A stretch of 64,000 nucleotides of DNA from positions 20,544-84,543 of the forward strand of contig NZ_JAIPUT010000007.1 of assembly GCF_020055635.1 (NCBI RefSeq), written 5' to 3'. The position numbers were made by a program, and so were the translations under genes. Positions within the stretch are counted from its first letter, which is position 1. Each line of letters starts with the position of its first letter. The DNA comes from Marivita sp. GTDB lineage: Bacteria > Pseudomonadota > Alphaproteobacteria > Rhodobacterales > Rhodobacteraceae. Of this stretch, positions 53,933 to 61,300 are shown one piece after another. The notes under the pieces are model-generated. The model made no database searches and was not told the origin of the DNA. It saw nothing but the letters and a program-made list of their open reading frames with translations.

Positions 53933-54382
53933 TCAGTTCACCCTGATCTCCACGCTGTCGGCCAGCGTATTGGCGACAAAGCAATAGCGGTGTGCGCGAT
54001 GCTGCATCTCGTTCAGCTTGTCCGGTTCGACGGAAAAGCCGCTATCAAAGCGCACCACCGGGTTCAGGTCGATCCGGGTGACCGACATCTGCCCTCTGGC
54101 GTTCTTGCCCAGATGTGCTTCGGCGTAGTCTTGATAGCTGGCCACTGGCCAGCCCGCCTTGGCGCAAAGCGCAAGAAACGTCATCATGTGGCAACTGGAC
54201 AGGGCGGCGGCCAGAGCCTGTTCGGGGTTGGTATGATCCGGATGGCCGCCCCAATCGGGGGCGGCGTCCACTTCGAGTTCGTTTGACGCGTTGTACTGGA
54301 CTTTATGCGCGTTCGAATACTTTCCGGTCTGCAAGGCAACTTCAGCGCGCTGCCAATGCAGTTCGATGGCCAACTCAGACAT
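53933..54382 (-). CDS. OsmC/Ohr-family protein
   Basis: 149 aa. ...NPEQALAAALSSCHMMTFLALCAKAG...HRYCFVANTL, with the two conserved Cys positions of OsmC. Confidence 0.8.
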   Translation of the reverse strand: MSELAIELHWQRAEVALQTGKYSNAHKVQYNASNELEVDAAPDWGGHPDHTNPEQALAAALSSCHMMTFLALCAKAGWPVASYQDYAEAHLGKNARGQMSVTRIDLNPVVRFDSGFSVEPDKLNEMQHRAHRYCFVANTLADSVEIRVN

Positions 54383-54393
54383 ACTCAGGTGCC

Positions 54394-55566
54394 TTATCCG
54401 TTGACCTGAAGCGGCACGGCCGCGGACGAAGCTGCCAGTTGCTTGCGCGGATCGAAGAACGGCCGTTCGACGACCGTCGCCGTGGTCTCACCCGAATGGG
54501 TCACGACGATCAGGTCCGTGCCAAGCTCGGCGGCTTCGACTGCCACCATTGCAAGGGCAATATTCTTCCTGAGGCGCGGCGAATAGACGGCTGACGTCAC
54601 CTTGCCAACGGCTTCGCCCTCGTGATTGACGGTCCAGAAGGCAGTGTTCGGCCCGGTCATCGGATCACCGTCGATGATCAGGCCCACCTGCTTGCGCGCG
54701 ACGCCGTTGTCGCGGATGCGTTGCAGCGCGAACTTGCCGATGAACTCGGCCTCCATGTCAAGATTGACGAGGCGGTCAAGGCCCAACTCGAACGGGTTGG
54801 TGTGGATATCGGCATCTGCATGATACGACAGCATCCCGCCTTCGATCCGGCGAATGCTTGATGTGTGGCCCGGCTTGAGACCCATCGGCATGCCGACGGC
54901 CATGATCCGCTCCCACAGGGAATCGCCAAAGCTCGAATCGCGCAGGTAGATCTCGTAGCCCAGTTCGCTGGACCAACCGGTGCGGGACACGATCAAGGGG
55001 ATGCCGTCAAGTTCGGTTTCGATGAACCAGTAATAGCGCAGATCCATGATCTCGTCGCCGAACAGCGCCTGCATGATGTCGCCCGATTTGGGGCCTTGCA
55101 GTTGCAGCGGCGAGACATCCGGTTCGCGGATCGACACATCAAGCCCCGAATGAACCGCCACACCCTGCGCCCAGAGCAGGATGTCGCTATCGGCCAGCGA
55201 CAGCCAGAAGTGGTTTTGCCCAAGCTTGAGCAGGATCGGATCGTTCAGGATGCCACCCTCGGCATTGGTGATCAGAACGTATTTGCACTGGCCCACGGCC
55301 ATGGTCGAAAGGTCGCGGCAGGTCAGCATCTGGGTGAAGATGGCCGCATCCGGGCCGGTGATCTCGACCTGGCGTTCCACCGCCACGTCGCACAGGATCG
55401 CATCGGTGACCAGGTTCCAGAAATTCTGTTCCGGATCACCGAAATCGCGCGGGATATACATGTGGTTGTAAACCGAAAATCCCTGGGCTCCCCAACGCAC
55501 CGTGGCATCGAAAAAAGGCGATTTGCGGATTTGCGTCCCAAAGCCAAAGTCATGTGATTGCATCAT
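54394..55566 (-). CDS. dmdA: GcvT-family aminomethyltransferase, DmdA-like (DMSP demethylase family)
   Basis: Start MMQSHDFG, with RBS GGGAGGA. FSVYNHMYIPRDF...CDVAVERQVEITGPDAA...MLTCRDLS...GILNDPILLKL...SLADSDILLWAQG...VSIREPDVSPLQLQGPKS parallels the DmdA sequences of Pelagibacter and Ruegeria as I recall them. Confidence 0.65.
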   Translation of the reverse strand: MMQSHDFGFGTQIRKSPFFDATVRWGAQGFSVYNHMYIPRDFGDPEQNFWNLVTDAILCDVAVERQVEITGPDAAIFTQMLTCRDLSTMAVGQCKYVLITNAEGGILNDPILLKLGQNHFWLSLADSDILLWAQGVAVHSGLDVSIREPDVSPLQLQGPKSGDIMQALFGDEIMDLRYYWFIETELDGIPLIVSRTGWSSELGYEIYLRDSSFGDSLWERIMAVGMPMGLKPGHTSSIRRIEGGMLSYHADADIHTNPFELGLDRLVNLDMEAEFIGKFALQRIRDNGVARKQVGLIIDGDPMTGPNTAFWTVNHEGEAVGKVTSAVYSPRLRKNIALAMVAVEAAELGTDLIVVTHSGETTATVVERPFFDPRKQLAASSAAVPLQVNG

Positions 55567-55730
55567 GTCGTCGTCCTCCCTCAACCGGGCCTCGGGCGTA
55601 GCCTTCGGCACCATTAACTCCTGAGCCGGAGATAACGCATCCGGATCACGCGTCCGGCCTAAAGATCGGCCGTTTCGCAGACTGGTTGGACTTGGATCGG
55701 GCGTGTCTCGGACCGTTTGGACCTGTGTGC

Positions 55731-56225
55731 CTATCGGCGGCTTTGCGAGACCAGTTTTGCAAGATTCGGCTGTTCGGCCTTGATCAATCGCGTGGCAAAA
55801 TAGGTCATGTACCGGTCAACCGCCAGATCCGCCGCCAACAGATCCTCCATCACGTCCTGAAAGGACGAAAGGCTGGGTGTCACCACCGTCATCACGTAAT
55901 CGATCCCGCCGCCCGTCGCGACGCAGTTGATGATCTCGTCCACCGATTTGATATAAGTCTCGAACCGGTCGAAATCCGTTTTGCGGTGATGGGTCAACGA
56001 CACGGTCACAACCACACGCGTCGCGTCGATCACGCGCTCGAGGACGATATCGGCATGGTATCCGCGAATATATCCCGCCGCACGCAACCGGGTCAGACGG
56101 GCCCAGCAGGGCGTGGCCGACAGATTCACGATTTCGGCAAGCTTTGTCTTGCTCAGCTGGCCATGTCTTTGCACGGCACTGAGAATGCGAATATCCGTCG
56201 GATCGAGCCCTTGTCGTTCTCGCAT
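55731..56225 (-). CDS. Lrp/AsnC-family transcriptional regulator
   Basis: LDPTDIRILSAVQRHGQLSKTKLAEIVNLSATPCWARLTRLRAAGYIRGYHA plus a C-terminal RAM domain. Confidence 0.9.
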   Translation of the reverse strand: MRERQGLDPTDIRILSAVQRHGQLSKTKLAEIVNLSATPCWARLTRLRAAGYIRGYHADIVLERVIDATRVVVTVSLTHHRKTDFDRFETYIKSVDEIINCVATGGGIDYVMTVVTPSLSSFQDVMEDLLAADLAVDRYMTYFATRLIKAEQPNLAKLVSQSRR

Positions 56226-56434
56226 AGCCTACCGCCCTGTCGACTGACCAGAACGCGGGTGGCACGAAAAAGTTGCAACCTGCGTCAAGCAAATCTCTTA
56301 TGCCGTCAAGCTGTCCAACCGATTGGCGGGTTTGCGACACATCGCGCCTTGGCAGCGTCAATCTGAAAGCCGCAGGGAGCAGACCCGCCAGACCCTACCA
56401 GCCCCTGTACCACCCGGCGAACAGCATCGGTCCG

Positions 56435-56776
56435 ATGTCCAGCGTTTCGTCGACCGAAACCGTGCCGAAAGCCACGCTGCGCAATGTCTACCATGATTTC
56501 CTGACCGAGATGGACCGCTTCAGCGAAACCATGGCCGACCTTTTGGATGGCGCTGACCGCGATGCGCTTGCGCATGAGGCGCATCGCATGGCTGGATCGG
56601 CAGCCGTGTTTGGCGCCCGCGCCCTCAACATAAAGCTTCGCCACCTGCAAGAAGCTGCCGCCAACGCGTCCGAGGCAACCCTGACGAACCTGGGACAAGA
56701 CCTGCGCACATGCTGGCACATTACCAAGGCAGCCCTTCACGAGAGCGAGGCAGCCGTCCTGCAAAGTCCAGCCTGA
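56435..56776 (+). CDS. Stand-alone Hpt (histidine phosphotransfer) domain protein
   Basis: 113 aa. AHEAHRMAGSAAVFGARAL fits the Hpt H-x-x-K/R-G-S-A motif. Confidence 0.6.
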   Translation: MSSVSSTETVPKATLRNVYHDFLTEMDRFSETMADLLDGADRDALAHEAHRMAGSAAVFGARALNIKLRHLQEAAANASEATLTNLGQDLRTCWHITKAALHESEAAVLQSPA

Positions 56777-56843
56777 CAAGAGATGTCCACGCGTTGACCT
56801 GGCGTGATGATCGTTGGCCTGTGAGAGGTGACGGCCCGGCCTG

Positions 56844-57611
56844 TTACGGCAGGACGTCAAAGCCCTGACGCTCGAACGCCTCCTGCGCCTCAGGGCCGCG
56901 GAGATAGTCGAGGAAGGCGGCTTCGGCCTCGGTATCGCGGTTCGCCAGATCGGCAGCGGGATAGACGATGGGCGGGTGCGCGTCGTGCGGAAAGGCTCCA
57001 ACGACCGTCACGCCGTCCTCGGCCACAGCATCTGTCGCGTACACGATACCGTAAGGTGCCTCACCCGTCGCCACGAAGGCCAGCGCAGACCGTACATTGT
57101 CGGCTTGCGCAACATGCGGCGCCACGTCGTTCCAGATCCCGAGGCTTTCCAGCGCCGCCTTGCCATAGATGCCGGCAGGAACCGCATCGACCAGCGCCAT
57201 GGCCAGCTTGCCATCGCCCAGCAGACCGGCAAGGTCCGTCCCACGCGTCAACGCGACCGGCGCTGCGTCCACATCCGCTGCAATCAAGACGATGGAATTG
57301 CTCAGAAGGTCAAACCGCGTGCCCGCTTCGACAAGGCCGTCAGCCTCGAGCACATCCATCCAGTCCGGGTTTGCAGAAATGAAGATATCGGCTGGTGCGC
57401 CCTGCTGTATTTGTCGGGCAAGCGCCGACGACCCCGCAAGCGAGACGACAAGGTCATGACCTGTCGCGGTCTCGAACCTGTCTTCGATCTCGGCCATGGC
57501 ATTTGCCATGCTGGCCGCGGCAAAGACGGTGACCTGATCCGCCTGCGCGAACGCAGGCACGGCGCCAGAAAGCATTGCCGCGGCAGCACGGATCGACAGG
57601 TGCTTGAACAT
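56844..57611 (-). CDS. modA: Molybdate ABC transporter substrate-binding protein ModA
   Basis: Start MFKHLSIRAAAAMLSGAVPAFA (signal peptide). VTVFAAASMANAMAEIEDRFE...LVVSLAGSSALARQIQQGAPADIFISAN. Confidence 0.85.
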   Translation of the reverse strand: MFKHLSIRAAAAMLSGAVPAFAQADQVTVFAAASMANAMAEIEDRFETATGHDLVVSLAGSSALARQIQQGAPADIFISANPDWMDVLEADGLVEAGTRFDLLSNSIVLIAADVDAAPVALTRGTDLAGLLGDGKLAMALVDAVPAGIYGKAALESLGIWNDVAPHVAQADNVRSALAFVATGEAPYGIVYATDAVAEDGVTVVGAFPHDAHPPIVYPAADLANRDTEAEAAFLDYLRGPEAQEAFERQGFDVLP

Positions 57612-57630
57612 GGCGGGCCCTTCCGACTTT

Positions 57631-57652
57631 GATATGTTCCGCAGAACATATC
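57631..57652. promoter_or_regulatory. Perfect 9-bp-arm palindrome between modE and modA (candidate Mo-box / ModE operator)
   Basis: GATATGTTC-cgca-GAACATATC read directly. 20-41 nt upstream of the modA ATG. Confidence 0.45.
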
Positions 57653-57679
57653 GCAATGCCGGCCAAAGCCTGTCAAGCG

Positions 57680-58060
57680 TTATTCCCGGTCGGAAATATC
57701 CCTCAGCAACCCGCGCAACGCCTCAAGACGTGACCCACCGCCTTGCGTGGCTTCGGTTTCGAAGGCGCGGTACTGTGCCAGCACTTCGCGACCAAGCTTG
57801 GTCAGGACAGCCCCGCCGCCGCCCGGACCGCCGCGCGTACTGTCCACGAGCGGCGCCTGGAACATGGCATTGAGCGCGCCGATCAGTTCCCATGCGCGCT
57901 TGTAGCTCATACCCATCTCGCGGCCTGCAGCAGCGATCGACCCGCAACGATCGACATGCTCCAGCAGTTCTGCCTTTCCCGGCCCCAGCATTTCATCCTC
58001 GCCAAAGACGATCCGGATGCGCAAGCGCGGCTCTGAGTGGCGTTCTGTCTCTGACGGCAT
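57680..58060 (-). CDS. modE: ModE-like regulator, N-terminal HTH domain only (no Mop domains)
   Basis: Start MPSETERH (CAT at 58058-58060). LGPGKAELLEHVDRCGSIAAAGREMGMSYKRAWELIGALN matches the ModE N-domain. 126 aa, against the roughly 260-aa full-length proteins as I recall them. Confidence 0.7.
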   Translation of the reverse strand: MPSETERHSEPRLRIRIVFGEDEMLGPGKAELLEHVDRCGSIAAAGREMGMSYKRAWELIGALNAMFQAPLVDSTRGGPGGGGAVLTKLGREVLAQYRAFETEATQGGGSRLEALRGLLRDISDRE

Positions 58061-58398
58061 GGCGCAGTTTATGCCGCGTTTGAATGGCTGCGGCAAGCGC
58101 GGCATCAAGACGTGCGCGCCCGGCTCCGAATCCAGGCCTTCGGCACCCCGGCCATCGCAAAACCGCCATATGGTCGCCGCAGTCGCATAGAAATCTGGCC
58201 CCAATTCGCAGCTAAACCCGCGCTTGGGGGTGTCTGTCCTGTGCTGTCCTGCCCATGCACCAAGGATATCGCCGCAGGATTGTAAGGTAATTCCAGAGTG
58301 TGTGTTTTGACGGCTGCCACATTGTTTTCGGACAGATTGAAGTCCGCGCGCGCTCCACTCCCAGGTTTCACTGGCAGCCCGGTTGAGGAAGCGTAACG

Positions 58399-61300
58399 AT
58401 GGCCACATACACAGTCACCACGTCGAACTGGAATTCGACGGCATTCTGGAGCGGGATCTTCGAGTCCGCGTCAGGGCATACGCTCGATTTTTCGGGTCTC
58501 GGCGCTGGCTTCACCCTCGACAGCAACGCGTTCACCGGGATCATCACGATGTCGGACGGCGCGACCACCTTTACCGTGGGCGAGGCCGGTGTCACCGGCA
58601 CCGACGCCAATTTCGGCGGCACAACGCAACTGGACTATTTCACCACCATTTCTGGAACGCAGGGCGATGATACCGCCGACGGCACATCGGCCGACGACGT
58701 GCTGGACGGCAATGCCGGAGATGACCTTTTCTGGGGCGGTGATGGCGCCGACACGTTTTACGGCAATAGCGGCGAGGACTGGCTGATCGGTCAGGCGGGT
58801 GACGACCTGGCCTATGGCGGCGCGGACAATGACAACCTCCATGGCGATGATGGCGACGACCGGTTGTACGGCGAAACCGGCGACGACACTCTCGATGGCG
58901 GGGCTGGCGCGGATTCCCTCTATGGCGGCGCCGGGGCTGACCTGATCTATGGCGGCGACGGCGATGACAATCTGGAAGGCGGCTGGGAAGACGCCGCTGC
59001 CGACACGATCGAGGGACATGCGGGCAATGACCTGATCTTCGGCTACGGCGGCGGCGACTCGCTATTGGGCGGTACCGGCGACGACTGGATCGATGGCGGC
59101 AACGGTGGCGACGACCTGCAGGGCGGCGCGGATCAGGATCGTATTGTAGGCGACCTCGGCAGCGACACGATCACGGGCAACACCGGCTATGACATCCTGA
59201 CCGGTGGCGAAGGCGCCGACAGCATCGACGGCGGCAACGATGCCGACCAGATCTGGGGCAATGCCGGAGACACGATCGTCGGCGGCGAAGGCGGGGACGA
59301 CAACGATACGCTCTATGTTTCCAATGTCGATTTCATCACCTACACGACCGCCGAAAGCGGGACGGTCACGTTCAACTCGGGCGACACGCTATCCTTTACC
59401 GAGATCGAGCAGGTCGTCGAGTTGACTCCGGATGGCGTGGTGGACGGGACTGCGAGTGCCGACGAGATCGGCCAGTTCTATGTCGATGCCGATGGCGAAT
59501 GGATCGACAATGGCGATGCCATCGGCGAAAGCGACGCCGACAGCGTGCGCGCCGGCGATGGCAACGATGCGATCTGGTCCGGCGACGGTGACGACACCGT
59601 CCATGGCGAGGGTGGCGACGACGAAATCTATCTTGGCACCGGCAACAACGTCGGCTTCGGCGGCGCGGGCGCCGACACCATCGATGGCAATTGGCAGAAC
59701 GACACCATCTCGGGGGATGATTTCGTCGCCACAGGGCCGAATCTGATCGTCAACGGATCCTTCGAGGATACGACGGGCATGTCCTCGGTCAGCTACGGCT
59801 ATGCCGATTGGGACGGCAACACGCCAAGCTGGACGGACCAGAACGGCACTCGCATCGACTACCACGATGACGGGCGCGGCGGTCTGAACGCCACAGATGG
59901 CGCGAACTGGATGGACATGGAAGCGTCCACCGGTCAGCACAACGTCATCAGTCAGACCGTCGCCGGGGTCAGCGACGGGCAGGTCTACGTCCTGACCTTC
60001 GACGCCGCCGACAGCGCGAATGGCAGCGATGGCACCACTGCCGATGCGCAACTCCAGGTGATCTGGAACGGCGATGCCGTGGGCACGATTGACGCCAGCG
60101 ACGGCAGCTGGACCAGCTACGAATTTCACCTGATAGGTGGGTCTGGCGACGGGTCGAACACGCTGAGCTTTGCCGGGCTCGGAGGAAATGATGCGATCGG
60201 CGTCGCGCTCGACAACGTGCAGATGTACGAGGCGGCAGAGGCGGCGGGCGGTGACGCCGACCTGATCCTCGGCTTTGATGGCGCCGACGACCTGATGGGC
60301 GGCGCGGGCAACGACACGATCATCGCGGGCACCGGCAATGACGAGGTCGTGGCAGGCTCCGGCGATGACAGCGTCGCCGGTGATAGCGGCGCCGACACGA
60401 TCTATGGCGGCACGGGCGACGACACGATCGACGCCGGGGCCGATGACGACATCGTCTGGAGCGGCGAGGGCGCGGACAGCATCCTTGGCGGCCAAGGAAA
60501 TGACACCCTCGACGGCGGTGCGGGCGACGACACCATCGACGGCGGTGACAACGTCGACCAGATTTTCGGTGGCCAGGGCGGCGACAGCATCTCGGGTGGC
60601 GCGAACAATGACTTCATCCTTGGCGATGGTCAGGTCTACACGATAGGCGACCATGCCTCGGGCGGCGGCACGGCGACGACCCTGACGGTCACCAACAGCG
60701 CCGACGGCCCGATCGAGCTGTGGTGGATCAATGGCGCAGGTGGCTTGCAGTTCTATCGCACGATCCAGCCCGGCGAAACCTATTCCCAAGCCACGTTCGA
60801 AGACCATAACTGGGTCCTGCGGGACGAGAACGGCTTTGACCTCGAACTGATCGAGGGTGCGCCGAACCAGACGGTCAACTACGGCGCCGAAGGGCTGAAT
60901 GACAGCATCGACGGCGGCGACGCCAACGACATTATCTATGGCCAGTTCGGCGACGACACCATCGACGGCGGGAACGGCGCCGACCTGATCTATGGTGGGG
61001 CCGGCAATGACAGCATCCTCACCGGCAATGCCAGTGACACGATCTATGGAGGCACGGGCAACGACACCATCGACGTCGGCCTCGGGCTGGACCTGGCCTA
61101 TGGCGAGGAAGGCGACGACCTTCTGATCGACGGCACGGGCGGGCCCGAAGCCGCCACGCTCTACGGCGGTGACGGTAATGATACGATCCAGTCCGGGACC
61201 GGTGGCGCGACCGCCTCTGCCGAGTATTACGGCGACGCGGGCGACGACCGTTTCGAGGATCGCGGCGGCACCAACCAGACGTTCACGGGTGGCACCGGCA

